This document shows positions 48,021 to 57,770 of a stretch of DNA of 64,000 nucleotides, piece after piece. Below the pieces are notes generated by a model. It searched no databases. It was given only the letters and a program-made list of their open reading frames with translations, and was not told the origin of the DNA. A program made the position numbers and the translations under genes. Source of the stretch: Candidatus Omnitrophota bacterium (GTDB lineage Bacteria > Omnitrophota > Gorgyraeia > JAHJTE01); contig JAHJTE010000002.1 of NCBI GenBank assembly GCA_018830005.1, positions 203,809-267,808 of the forward strand, given 5' to 3'. Each line of letters begins with the position of its first letter. Within the stretch, counting starts at the first letter, position 1.

Positions 48021-49131
48021 AAATTTTCCTTAAACAGCTAGCCACATATTCAATTTCCCTTTTCTTTAAATGTGGGTACATGGGAAGTGAAAGTACTTCT
48101 TTGGCAACTCTCTCAGATACTGGAAAATCTCCTTTTTTGTATCCCAAGAATTTATATGCCTTTTGTAGATGCAGTGGTATGGGATAATGAATCAGGGCGG
48201 TGATTTTTCTTTTCTTTAGCAATTTTATTAAATTATTTCGGTTTTTTATCCTTATTGCATAAACATGATAGATATGCCGGGCAAAATCTGATACTATAGG
48301 AAGCTTAATACCAGGACAGCCATTTAATAAACTATTGTAGATTGATGCATTATATTTACGCATACTATTTGCCCTATCTAGCTTTTTAAGCTTAAGCCGC
48401 AATACTGCAGCTTGCAAGGTATCTAAGCGAGAGTTGTAACCGATTGTTCTGTGATCATAACGACTTGTTCTGCCATAATCTCTAAGCATAAGTAATCTTT
48501 TATAAAGCTTTTTACTATTGGTTACTACTATACCACCATCACCACAAGCACCTAAATTCTTAGATGGATAAAAGCTAAAACATCCTACATCTGAACTGCT
48601 TCCAGCCTTATGCCAATTGCCTTTCGAATCTTTCCAATCTGCCCCATGTGCCTGAGCAGAATCCTCTATAACTTTAAGCCCATATTTATCTGCAATCTTT
48701 AAAATCTGAGGCATATTTGCCGGCTGTCCATAAAGATGTACAGGCATAATCGCCTTGGTTTTTTTGGATATGGCCTTATTGAGGCTATCCACATCTATGT
48801 TATAGCTAGATTCTTCAATATCTACAAACTTAGGTTTTGCACCAGTATAAGTTATGGCCAAAGCACTAGCAATATAAGTAAAGGCGGGTACGATTACCTC
48901 ATCGTTTTTCCCAATACCTAAACTTAGTAATCCTAAAAATAAAGCATCTGTCCCAGAGTTTACACCTACTGCATACCTTACATTACAATAAACAGCAAAC
49001 TCAGACTCAAATTGTTTAACCTCTTCACCTAAAATGAAATCGTTAGAATCGAAAATATTTTTAACCTTCTTTAGATATTCCGGCAAAATATCTCGATGCA
49101 GACTTTTTAAATCCATGAAAGGGACCTTCAC
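48010..49131 (-). CDS. DegT/DnrJ/EryC1/StrS-family PLP-dependent sugar aminotransferase
   Basis: (M)KVPFMDLKS...VNSGTDAL; 373 aa. GTG start with AGGAGG 5 nt upstream. Confidence 0.8.
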   Translation of the reverse strand: MKVPFMDLKSLHRDILPEYLKKVKNIFDSNDFILGEEVKQFESEFAVYCNVRYAVGVNSGTDALFLGLLSLGIGKNDEVIVPAFTYIASALAITYTGAKPKFVDIEESSYNIDVDSLNKAISKKTKAIMPVHLYGQPANMPQILKIADKYGLKVIEDSAQAHGADWKDSKGNWHKAGSSSDVGCFSFYPSKNLGACGDGGIVVTNSKKLYKRLLMLRDYGRTSRYDHRTIGYNSRLDTLQAAVLRLKLKKLDRANSMRKYNASIYNSLLNGCPGIKLPIVSDFARHIYHVYAIRIKNRNNLIKLLKKRKITALIHYPIPLHLQKAYKFLGYKKGDFPVSERVAKEVLSLPMYPHLKKREIEYVASCLRKIYER

Positions 49132-50201
49132 AGAAACCTCCTTACTTTTGAAAAAACCTCTTCTGGGCTAATATCAACTAAACATTTATTGTTATTTTCA
49201 CATTTTGAAATTCGAAAATTCTTATAGCAAGGCCGACAGGATAAATCAGACTTCATCACAATATGCTCTTTTGATTGCGGGTAGGGACCATAGACAACTT
49301 CATTTACCGGCCCAAACACCGAAACCGACCTTACGCCTAAAGCCACTGCCATATGTAACGGGCCTCCATCATTAGTTAAAATGAACTTACATCTTTCCAA
49401 AAGAGCGCTAAATTGATTCAAGCTCAAGGACGGATATAGCTTATGAACATTCGCCTTCTCATTTATAGAATTATATACAGCCTCACAAACCTGTTCATCT
49501 TGTTTATTGCCGAAGATTAAAATCTTTAGTGCGCTATTAGTGATAATTTTGTTGCAAACGCTTGCGAAATTTTTGGCATCCCAACGCTTAAATGAAGCAT
49601 CCTTGCCCCAACTTTCTCCTGCTCCAGGACATACCCCTATAAAATCCTGACTAGAATCCAGATCATGCTTAATTAAGAATTTTTTTGCCCAGTTTCTTGA
49701 CGCACCATCAACAAACAATTCTAGTTTTGGAGCCAAGGGCTCAATCTTAAAAAAGTCCAATAATTGAAGATAATATTCTACTATATGCTTATCATGGTAT
49801 CCAGAAATTTCTAACTTTTGAGTTAAAAATTTACCGCGTTTTCGATAGTCGATACCAATGCGTCTCTTTATGCCGCATAGTTTTGCCAACATGCCGTAGC
49901 GATGATCCAGCGAAAAATCTAGCGAAACATCGAATCTTGTCCTTCTAATCTTAGATCGCAAGAAAAGGGTATTTTTAATCTTGGCAAAGAAAGAATAGCT
50001 ATATATTCTTTTTATATCTCCCCTGCTTAAAGGAAAAACAACATCAATTTTAGGGTTGGATTTTAAAATATCACTTACCCTTTGATTGCACCAATAGCCT
50101 ATAAAAGAATCTGGCCAGTGCTCCTTTATTGCTGAAATTAAAGGCGTTGTAAACAGGCAATCTCCAATGCCAAATGGATTTATAAATAGTATTCTTTTCA
50201 T
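49128..50201 (-). CDS. Glycosyltransferase family 9 (ADP-heptose:LPS heptosyltransferase-like)
   Basis: ILFINPFGIGDCLFTTPLI...; C-terminal NDGGPLHMA motif. Confidence 0.75.
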   Translation of the reverse strand: MKRILFINPFGIGDCLFTTPLISAIKEHWPDSFIGYWCNQRVSDILKSNPKIDVVFPLSRGDIKRIYSYSFFAKIKNTLFLRSKIRRTRFDVSLDFSLDHRYGMLAKLCGIKRRIGIDYRKRGKFLTQKLEISGYHDKHIVEYYLQLLDFFKIEPLAPKLELFVDGASRNWAKKFLIKHDLDSSQDFIGVCPGAGESWGKDASFKRWDAKNFASVCNKIITNSALKILIFGNKQDEQVCEAVYNSINEKANVHKLYPSLSLNQFSALLERCKFILTNDGGPLHMAVALGVRSVSVFGPVNEVVYGPYPQSKEHIVMKSDLSCRPCYKNFRISKCENNNKCLVDISPEEVFSKVRRFL

Positions 50202-50209
50202 ACTTTAAC

Positions 50210-51199
50210 TTAATGCATTATCAAAATCTTGACCTTCTCCAATACATCTTGGACATCAATCTCTTCTAGGCGTGGTTTTTCGATAACCATATGACCTTTA
50301 CCATAAGGCCCCCATCGCCTGGAAGATTTTCCCGGGATATCAGAACGAAACAACGCAATAACCAATGTATCAACTGCTGCTGCTAAATGCACTGGACCAC
50401 TGTCATTAGAAATTAAGCATTTACTTCTTTTAAAAAGGCTGGCCAAATGCCGCAAGGACAACTTTCCTGTCAAATTAATGATTCCGCTGCCTACCTCCTG
50501 GCTAAAACTTTCTGCCGAAGCCTCTTCTTCCTTGCCTCCAATAAGGATAACCTGCAAATTAAGCTCCTTAATAAGCCTCTTGACTAAATTGATAAAAGAG
50601 GCAAGTGGCCATTGCTTGGTAACGTCGCTTGTCCAGGGATGGACTATAACCAAAGAAGAACCATTATTTACCCCTAGACCTTTTAGGATATTATCCAGGA
50701 AATCTTGGTCATCTTTATCGATTGAAATTGGAAATACCTTCTTTTGTTTCTGAACAGCGAGCGATTCGATTAAATCAAAATTATATTCTACCTCATGTTT
50801 TGCCCCTAGGAATTTAAAATCTTTGACTTTTTTATTAAGAAGAAAGCCCCATTTTCGATCATATCCGAGGCGATTTGGGATTCCAGCCAAAAAAGTGACA
50901 ATATTAAATTTCTTTTTTGGATTGAATATAACTGCCAGATCGAATCTTCGCCTCTTTAATTCATTTATCAATCTAAATGTTCTTAACAGTCCACGAGAAT
51001 AAGGGTCTTGGTATTCTATAATCTGGTCAATATCAGGACTCCCCTGCACTAGCTGCCTACTATAAGGATGGGCCATTAAGGTTATTGAAGAATTTGGGAA
51101 ACTCTCTTTTAAAGCATGTATTGCAGGTAGGGTCAAAATAAATTCTCCGAATCTATCTGTCCTTATTGCAAGAATATTAGAGATCTTGTCTAGGTTCAT
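50210..51199 (-). CDS. Glycosyltransferase family 9 (ADP-heptose:LPS heptosyltransferase-like)
   Basis: ILAIRTDRFGEFILTLPAI...; C-terminal NDSGPVHLAAA motif. Confidence 0.75.
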   Translation of the reverse strand: MNLDKISNILAIRTDRFGEFILTLPAIHALKESFPNSSITLMAHPYSRQLVQGSPDIDQIIEYQDPYSRGLLRTFRLINELKRRRFDLAVIFNPKKKFNIVTFLAGIPNRLGYDRKWGFLLNKKVKDFKFLGAKHEVEYNFDLIESLAVQKQKKVFPISIDKDDQDFLDNILKGLGVNNGSSLVIVHPWTSDVTKQWPLASFINLVKRLIKELNLQVILIGGKEEEASAESFSQEVGSGIINLTGKLSLRHLASLFKRSKCLISNDSGPVHLAAAVDTLVIALFRSDIPGKSSRRWGPYGKGHMVIEKPRLEEIDVQDVLEKVKILIMH

Positions 51200-51230
51200 A
51201 CTATTTATTTTAAAAAGAGATAGAATTTCC

Positions 51231-52022
51231 TCAGGGCTTAGGGTAATTTTTTAGCTTGCCTTCATTGAGAGCTTTCTCCCAGATCTTAAGCCACCTATTC
51301 ATAGCAAAAATGACATTTAATATGCACCAGATAAAACCATACATACCATCTTTGTATCCTTTTTTCTTAACATAAAGTTTCCAAAATAATTTAATTGGCT
51401 TCCAGCCAAGACGATATCTTACTTCCCTGAAATCCAATTCATTCCTATCCTCTAGAAATTCCTCTGATTCTTTACTTGAATAATGATTGGATTTCTCAAG
51501 GGCCTGCCTAATCGAAGTAAAAGGATAATGATATATCTCTGCCTCGATCTCTCCTATTGCTCCATCTATTTTCAACGTCTCATGCAAGGTGCTACCTATG
51601 TAATGACCTTTCCCTTTTCTAAAAATCTTTATCATATAATTGTCAGTACCAACACTCTTTAAGGCATAGCCCAAAAAGAAATTCTTCCGGAAAAGCTTAA
51701 AGGCAGCGAAATCTTTCGAATCCGCTAAGGCCTTTATAATCTTATGCACTGACTCCTTTGGGATTATTTCGTCGGCGTCCATCTGTAAAATCCAATCACC
51801 CCTGGCATTCTCTAAGCCGATATTTCGTTGATTACAAAAATTCCCCTTGGACTCATGAGTTATTACTTTTGCGCCATATCTTTTGCAAATCTCTACAGTA
51901 TTGTCACTACTTAGATCATCTACGATTACAATATCATCAACAAGATTTTTCAAAGATTGCAAGCATTTCTCTACTTCCTTCTCTGCGTTTTTTACTATTA
52001 TTACTGCTGTTATTTTTTCCAT
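51231..52022 (-). CDS. Glycosyltransferase family 2
   Basis: ITAVIIVKNAEK...IVDDLSSDNT; 263 aa. Confidence 0.7.
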   Translation of the reverse strand: MEKITAVIIVKNAEKEVEKCLQSLKNLVDDIVIVDDLSSDNTVEICKRYGAKVITHESKGNFCNQRNIGLENARGDWILQMDADEIIPKESVHKIIKALADSKDFAAFKLFRKNFFLGYALKSVGTDNYMIKIFRKGKGHYIGSTLHETLKIDGAIGEIEAEIYHYPFTSIRQALEKSNHYSSKESEEFLEDRNELDFREVRYRLGWKPIKLFWKLYVKKKGYKDGMYGFIWCILNVIFAMNRWLKIWEKALNEGKLKNYPKP

Positions 52023-52028
52023 CTTAAG

Positions 52029-52955
52029 TTATATCGATGCGAGAAATCTTTTTGCCTTTTTTACTATATCAGAGACAGAAAATCCATGAATCTGCTGTAG
52101 GTAGCTGTGAGAACCAAATTCTTTACAAAAGGTATCATTTATACCTTCTCTGCGGAAAGGAACGTGAATATCAGAATTTTCTGCTAAAACTTCAGCCACT
52201 GCACTCCCTAATCCACCAATAATACTATGCTCTTCTACTGTAATAATCGCCTTCGTATTAGCTGCAGCATCAAAAATAGATTCTTTATCTATGGGTTTTA
52301 TGGTATGGAAGTTAAGCAGGCGTGCCTTTATGCCTACTTCCTCCAATATCTCACAAGCCTTCAGGCAATTATACACGAGTCCACCCGTAGAGATAATAGT
52401 AACATCTTTGCCGTCTCTTAACTTAACTGCTTTACCAACAGTAAAATCATAATTTTTGGTATGGACTTTTGGTTCGCCGCTTTTTACAAGGCGTAAATAG
52501 ACAGGGCCTTTAATCTTTACTATCGCTTCGACTGCTTTTTCTGTTTCATAAGTATCTGCGGGAGAAATTACAGTCATGTTGGGCAAGGAACGCATTATGG
52601 AGATATCTTCAATAGCATGATGAGTCGGCCCCAAGCTTGCATATGCAAATCCTCCTCCCACTCCAATAATCTTAACGGGTAAATTTTGATAGCATGCATC
52701 AATTCTTATTTGCTCAAAACAACGAGCAGTAACAAAGGGGACAATTGAATAAACAAAAGGGATTTTTCCGCAAAGCGCAAGGCCAGAAGCCATGCCAATC
52801 ATATTTGCTTCCGCAACGCCTATATTAATAAACCTTTTGGGAAATGATTTTTTAAAGTCATCAAAAATAAAAATACCTAAGTCAGCAACCAATAAATAGA
52901 TAGAAGGGTTTATCTTGAATTGCTTATATAAACTTCTTACAAAGGCATCTCTCAT
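52029..52955 (-). CDS. Transketolase, C-terminal section (pyrimidine-binding and C-terminal domains) of a split transketolase
   Basis: 308 aa; GVAEANMIGMASGLA...; pairs with the upstream N-terminal section. Confidence 0.85.
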   Translation of the reverse strand: MRDAFVRSLYKQFKINPSIYLLVADLGIFIFDDFKKSFPKRFINIGVAEANMIGMASGLALCGKIPFVYSIVPFVTARCFEQIRIDACYQNLPVKIIGVGGGFAYASLGPTHHAIEDISIMRSLPNMTVISPADTYETEKAVEAIVKIKGPVYLRLVKSGEPKVHTKNYDFTVGKAVKLRDGKDVTIISTGGLVYNCLKACEILEEVGIKARLLNFHTIKPIDKESIFDAAANTKAIITVEEHSIIGGLGSAVAEVLAENSDIHVPFRREGINDTFCKEFGSHSYLQQIHGFSVSDIVKKAKRFLASI

Positions 52956-52957
52956 AT

Positions 52958-53794
52958 CTAACCCTTAGACAATTCCTTTAAGGCCCGCATCATTTCTTTC
53001 TCATTTGGAGGACGGTAATGCCAGATTAACTTATTTTCCATAAAAGAAATACCTTTACCCTTGACGGTATGGGCAATAATCAAAGAAGGTTTATTCTTTT
53101 TAAATGGGATACTTTTTAATGCAGCTAGTATCTCATTCATGCGGTGGCCGTTTATTTCTTTACACTGCCATCCAAAAGCCTCCCATTTCTTCTTGAATGG
53201 CTCCAAAGCCATAATTGCCTCTGTCCTGCCTGTTGCTTGCAATTTATTATAATCAATTATGGCGCAGATATTATCTAGCTTAAAATGACTAATAGACATG
53301 GCAGCTTCCCAAATCGAACCTTCGTTACATTCTCCATCACCTAAAAGTACAAAAACCTTATTCTTCTTCCTGCCATGTTTAAAACTCAATGCCATACCTT
53401 CGCCAATAGACAAACCATGACCTAGAGAACCAGTGGAGGCCTCCAGACCAGGAATTCGGCCAAATTCAGGATGTCCTCCTAAGCAACCACCATCTCTACA
53501 AAAAGATTTTAATTGGGCTTGGCTTAAAAAACCAGCTCTTGTTAATGTGGCATATAAACCCAGACAGCCATGTCCTTTACTTAGAATAAATCTGTCGCGT
53601 CCTGACCATAGTGAATCATTGCTTTTAACCTTTAGGATTTCAAAATATAAAGCAACTAGTATATCAACGGCTGAAAGAGATGCAGCAATATGTGCACTTT
53701 TTGATGAAAATGAAGTCCTGACTATGTCTTGGCGTACCTCTTTAGCAACTAGATTTAATCTCTTTATAAGTTTTTGATTTGGAACTTTTCTCAT
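52958..53794 (-). CDS. Transketolase, N-terminal (TPP-binding) section of a split transketolase
   Basis: SKGHGCLGLYATL...GSLGHGLSIGEGMAL...GDGECNEGSIWEA TPP-binding motifs. ATG at 53794 chosen; the track ORF uses a TTG at 53806. Confidence 0.83.
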   Translation of the reverse strand: MRKVPNQKLIKRLNLVAKEVRQDIVRTSFSSKSAHIAASLSAVDILVALYFEILKVKSNDSLWSGRDRFILSKGHGCLGLYATLTRAGFLSQAQLKSFCRDGGCLGGHPEFGRIPGLEASTGSLGHGLSIGEGMALSFKHGRKKNKVFVLLGDGECNEGSIWEAAMSISHFKLDNICAIIDYNKLQATGRTEAIMALEPFKKKWEAFGWQCKEINGHRMNEILAALKSIPFKKNKPSLIIAHTVKGKGISFMENKLIWHYRPPNEKEMMRALKELSKG

Positions 53795-53798
53795 AAAT

Positions 53799-54491
53799 TC
53801 ATCCAAAAAGTTTAACCTTTAACATAACAAACAATGCAGGAAAACTGTCATGCCATTTTATCTTCTTACCCTGTTTATAAGTACGGGGTGAGTATTTTAC
53901 AGGTATTTCTTCAATCCTTCTGCCCTGTCTGCAGAGTCTGCTAACTAACTCAAAATCAAAAGCCATAAAATTCGACTTTACAGCAACCTCATCAAAAACC
54001 TGCCTACGATAAAATCTATTGCCTATTACATCAGTAAATTTTCTTCCATAAAAAACATTTATTAAAAATGTACTTAATAACGTAGCTAAGTAATATGGGC
54101 GTTCCTTTATTATTTCAAAGAAAGAATCATCCTTCCTTTCTGCCAGACGAGAACCAAATACTGCATCCAACCCATGTTTTTCTGCAAGCTCCACCATCTG
54201 ATAAACACAACTAGGATCATATTCTAAATCTGAATTTTGAACAAAGAGATATTTTCCTTTAGCCAATCTTGCCCCTGTCTTAACCGAGCAACCATAACCT
54301 AAATTTTCTGGCTGGAATACGACTTCAATTGAAGGATCCTTGAGGTTCTCTAAAAGCTGTTTTGTTCCATCTGTGGAGCAGTTATCTACTACAATAATCT
54401 CTTTCTCAAGCCTTATATCCTTTACCTCTCGTATCGCTTCTAATATCGTATCCTTCTCATTAAATACAGTAATAACTATTGTCAAAAGCAT
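53799..54491 (-). CDS. Glycosyltransferase family 2
   Basis: LTIVITVFNEKDTI...VVDNCSTDGT; 230 aa. Confidence 0.7.
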   Translation of the reverse strand: MLLTIVITVFNEKDTILEAIREVKDIRLEKEIIVVDNCSTDGTKQLLENLKDPSIEVVFQPENLGYGCSVKTGARLAKGKYLFVQNSDLEYDPSCVYQMVELAEKHGLDAVFGSRLAERKDDSFFEIIKERPYYLATLLSTFLINVFYGRKFTDVIGNRFYRRQVFDEVAVKSNFMAFDFELVSRLCRQGRRIEEIPVKYSPRTYKQGKKIKWHDSFPALFVMLKVKLFG

Positions 54492-54492
54492 A

Positions 54493-55818
54493 TTATTTTC
54501 TTTTATTTTTGAAAAATTTTCTAAATACAGAGATAATATAATCTATTTTTTGCTTATTTAAACCAGGGTAAACACCAATAAAGAATGATTTCTCCATAAC
54601 AATATCAGAATTCTTTAGATTCCCAGAGATTCTAAAATTACACTTAGAATACGCGGGCTGACGAATAATATTGCCGGCAAATATCAACCTTGTTTCTATG
54701 CAATTGTTTTCAAGAAATCTTAAAAGTTCCTGGCGCGAAAAACCACAATTAGACTTTAAGGTAATAGGAAAAGCAAACCAGCTGGGTTGAGATTTTTTAT
54801 GCCAAGTGGACAAAATAAATTTATCCTCAAATACTTTAAGGCCATCAAAAAGGCGCCTGAAATTTCTATTCCTCATCCTTATAAAGTCATTAAGCTTATT
54901 AAACTGAGCTAATCCTAATGCTGCTTGAATATCTGTTGGCTTAAGATTATAACCGATATGGCTATAGATATAACGGTGATCATAAGAAATGCTTCTATCA
55001 CTGAGTTTAATTCTGTAATCAAAACGTCTGCCACAATCGCCAGCTAGGGAAGAATCGCCTTTGCAGAAACAATCCCTGCCCCAATCTCGCAAAGACAGGA
55101 CAGCTTTAGAAAAACTTTCATCATTAATAATCACAGCTCCACCCTCTCCCATGGTAATATGATGAGCTGGATAAAAGCTTAATGTCCCCATGTGGCCAAA
55201 GCTGCCAAGTCTTTTTCTATCAAATTTAGCTCCTAAACTATCACAGACATCTTCAATTAAATAAAGCCTATGTTTTTTGCAAATTTTACTAATAAGTTCC
55301 ATATTGCAAGGGTTACCCAATGTATGAGGGATAACCATTGCTCTCGTCTTTTTTGATATTGCCTGCTGAATCTTTTGCTCATCGATATTTAGTGTTGAAA
55401 TATTACAATCAACCAAAATAGGTTTAAAACCAGCCTGGACAATGGGTGCAAAGGTAGTAGGAAAAGTAAGCGCCGGAGTAATAACCTCATCACCTTCTTT
55501 AAGCGGTCTGGACAATTTTTGAGATTTTAAGGCTGAAGTACTCAAAAGATTTGCTGAAGATCCTGAATTAGCTAATATACAATTCTTGGCATTCATATAA
55601 TTTCTTAATTTTTCCTCTAATTCTTTTCCATAAGCACCTAAAGTAATCCAAGAGTCAAGAACAGCGTAAACCATAGAAGTCAATTCTTGAGTATCAAATA
55701 CCCTACCCGCATAATGTATCTTGGTTTTACCAGGAATAAACTTATCAGGCTTAAGATGTTTCCTGTAGTAGGCTTTAACTAATTTCGAAAAATTAGCTCT
55801 ATCTTTTTCTTTACTCAT
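54493..55818 (-). CDS. ddhC: CDP-6-deoxy-D-xylo-4-hexulose-3-dehydrase (E1; PMP/[2Fe-2S]-dependent, DdhC/RfbH family)
   Basis: 441 aa (E1 length, longer than DegT aminotransferases); FYPAHHITMGEGGAV; RDWGRDCFC; YDHRYIYSHIGYNLKPTDIQAALGLAQ; PSWFAFPITLK; TRLIFAGNIIRQP; FIGVYPGL. Near-diagnostic match to the RfbH pattern. Confidence 0.85.
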   Translation of the reverse strand: MSKEKDRANFSKLVKAYYRKHLKPDKFIPGKTKIHYAGRVFDTQELTSMVYAVLDSWITLGAYGKELEEKLRNYMNAKNCILANSGSSANLLSTSALKSQKLSRPLKEGDEVITPALTFPTTFAPIVQAGFKPILVDCNISTLNIDEQKIQQAISKKTRAMVIPHTLGNPCNMELISKICKKHRLYLIEDVCDSLGAKFDRKRLGSFGHMGTLSFYPAHHITMGEGGAVIINDESFSKAVLSLRDWGRDCFCKGDSSLAGDCGRRFDYRIKLSDRSISYDHRYIYSHIGYNLKPTDIQAALGLAQFNKLNDFIRMRNRNFRRLFDGLKVFEDKFILSTWHKKSQPSWFAFPITLKSNCGFSRQELLRFLENNCIETRLIFAGNIIRQPAYSKCNFRISGNLKNSDIVMEKSFFIGVYPGLNKQKIDYIISVFRKFFKNKRK

Positions 55819-56788
55819 TTTTTAGATATTCCTCATACCAAGCAATAGTCTTTCTTAGGCCTGAATCCAAGCTCTCTTTTGGCCTCCAGCTTAAGACTTT
55901 CTTTGCCTTTTGCGCACAAAGATATTGTTTCTTAATTTCACAGCTTGCCTGATTAAGTATCCTATATTTTGGCCTTTTACCAATTAGTCTATAGATTTTT
56001 CTTACTAGCTCTAAAACGCTTAGGGGTCTTTCATTACTAAAGTTAAAGGCTTGACCATGGAGTCTTCCTCTAGTCATAATTTGGGCTAACTTCAAATAAC
56101 CAGATACAATATCCTCAACGAAAATATAATCACGCGTAAACTTACCATCGCTTCTAATCAAAAGAGTCCTTCCTCGAATCGCCGAGATAATAGTATCCGG
56201 CACAATCCGTTCAAAGTGCAGATCACCTGGGCCATAAATATTACCGCAACGAGTAACGCATACCGGAAGTTGGAAACTTTTAAAATAAGAATGAGAAATT
56301 AAATCTGCACAACTCTTAGATACATCATAAGGATAGATACCGCAAAGTCGACTCTTTTCTTCATAGGGTAGCTTACTATGCACGCCATATGCTTTATCAC
56401 TTGAAGAAACAATTATATTCTTAATCTTACACCTTTTTGCTACTTCTAGTATATTCCAAGTTCCAGTAATATTATCCTTAAAAGTAGCTAAGGGTATCTT
56501 GTTTGCTTTACCAACAATAGCCTGAGCAGCTAAATGGAAAATAAAATCAGGCTTATGTTTAGTGATAATATCTGAGACTAGCCTAAAATTTCTAATATTA
56601 GCACAAACCGAATAAAGTTTAAGATGTTTACCTTTAAGAATTGAATTCTTTCTTTCTACTCTTTTGTCAATGCCGATAACTCTGGCACCGCTTTTTAAGA
56701 GCGCTAGGGTAAGATGGCTGCCTAAAAAGCCAGAAAAGCCAGTTATTAAAATTTTTTTACCTGACCAGGATCGTCTATCCTCACTCAT
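55811..56788 (-). CDS. ddhB: CDP-glucose 4,6-dehydratase-like (DdhB/RfbG family, short form)
   Basis: GKKILITGFSGFLGSHL; FHLAAQ; SSDKAYG; YPYDVSKSCADL; RCGNIYGPGD; adjacent to ddhC. Confidence 0.65.
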   Translation of the reverse strand: MSEDRRSWSGKKILITGFSGFLGSHLTLALLKSGARVIGIDKRVERKNSILKGKHLKLYSVCANIRNFRLVSDIITKHKPDFIFHLAAQAIVGKANKIPLATFKDNITGTWNILEVAKRCKIKNIIVSSSDKAYGVHSKLPYEEKSRLCGIYPYDVSKSCADLISHSYFKSFQLPVCVTRCGNIYGPGDLHFERIVPDTIISAIRGRTLLIRSDGKFTRDYIFVEDIVSGYLKLAQIMTRGRLHGQAFNFSNERPLSVLELVRKIYRLIGKRPKYRILNQASCEIKKQYLCAQKAKKVLSWRPKESLDSGLRKTIAWYEEYLKNE

Positions 56789-57740
56789 AATGTTTAAATC
56801 TCCCTAGGTTTTGCCTAAACCATTCTACTGTCTTGCCAAGTCCATCATTTAGGCTTACTTCTGGCTGCCAGCCAAGAAGCGCTCTTGCCTTTCTTATATC
56901 TGCCCGCCAGCAAAATTGCTCATTTTCTCTATAGGCTAAAACTCCCCAGCCTGGCTTAATAGGGTTGCCTAATTCCCTTAGTATAATCCTCGCTACTTGA
57001 CGCAAGCTATAGTCCTTACCACTAGCTATATTAATAGTTTGACCAATAACATCTTGTCTATAATCGATAATCTTTAAAAAGGCATTTATTACTTCAGATA
57101 TAAATAAAAAATCTCTTCTCTGTCTGCCGGGGGTTAACTTTATCGCTCTCCTTCTTAAAGCAGATATTATAAAAGATGGTATAAAGCGATGGGCATCTTC
57201 AAAATATCCAAAGGGCGAGAACAATCTCACGTTAACTATCGGTATATTAAAGGTGCTGGAAAAGGCATTGGCAATCAGACTAGAGGCTGCCTTAGAGGCT
57301 CCATAAACGCTAACTGGCGCAAGCCTGTCATCTTCGTGCATCGGATTCTTCTTGGGGCCATATTCAGAAGAACTTCCTACATTTACAAAAAGCTCTAAAG
57401 AAAGAGGGTTGACTGACTTTATTAGATTAAAGCTTCCAGTAATATTTGTACTTACCATTTTATCAGCGTCTCTCTGATGAGTATAACCTCCAAAGCAGCC
57501 TAAATGAAAAATAATATGTGGCTTAAAATCCTTCAATGCTTTCTTAACCTTATCATCTTCTCGTAAGTCAAGACTGAAATTCTTCAACTTTTTTTTAATA
57601 TCCTGAATTCTCCAGAAGTCAGAAGTCGTACGGGAAAAAATTCCTATTTCGCAACGACTTTGGATTAAGGACCGAATTAGATTTGCTCCCACAAAACCTG
57701 TTGCGCCTGTAACTAGTATCCTCTTTTTTGACAGTCCCAT
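56781..57740 (-). CDS. NAD(P)-dependent CDP-4-keto-3,6-dideoxyhexose reductase-like (CDP-paratose/abequose synthase family, RfbS/RfbJ-like)
   Basis: ILVTGATGFVGANL; YGASK; AIKLTPGRQRRDFLFISEV matches the RfbS PVKLTSGLQQRDFLYIKDL region; 319 aa. Confidence 0.55.
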   Translation of the reverse strand: MGLSKKRILVTGATGFVGANLIRSLIQSRCEIGIFSRTTSDFWRIQDIKKKLKNFSLDLREDDKVKKALKDFKPHIIFHLGCFGGYTHQRDADKMVSTNITGSFNLIKSVNPLSLELFVNVGSSSEYGPKKNPMHEDDRLAPVSVYGASKAASSLIANAFSSTFNIPIVNVRLFSPFGYFEDAHRFIPSFIISALRRRAIKLTPGRQRRDFLFISEVINAFLKIIDYRQDVIGQTINIASGKDYSLRQVARIILRELGNPIKPGWGVLAYRENEQFCWRADIRKARALLGWQPEVSLNDGLGKTVEWFRQNLGRFKHYE

Positions 57741-57770
57741 AATTTATACTGTTGTTTTTAACTGCTTAGG

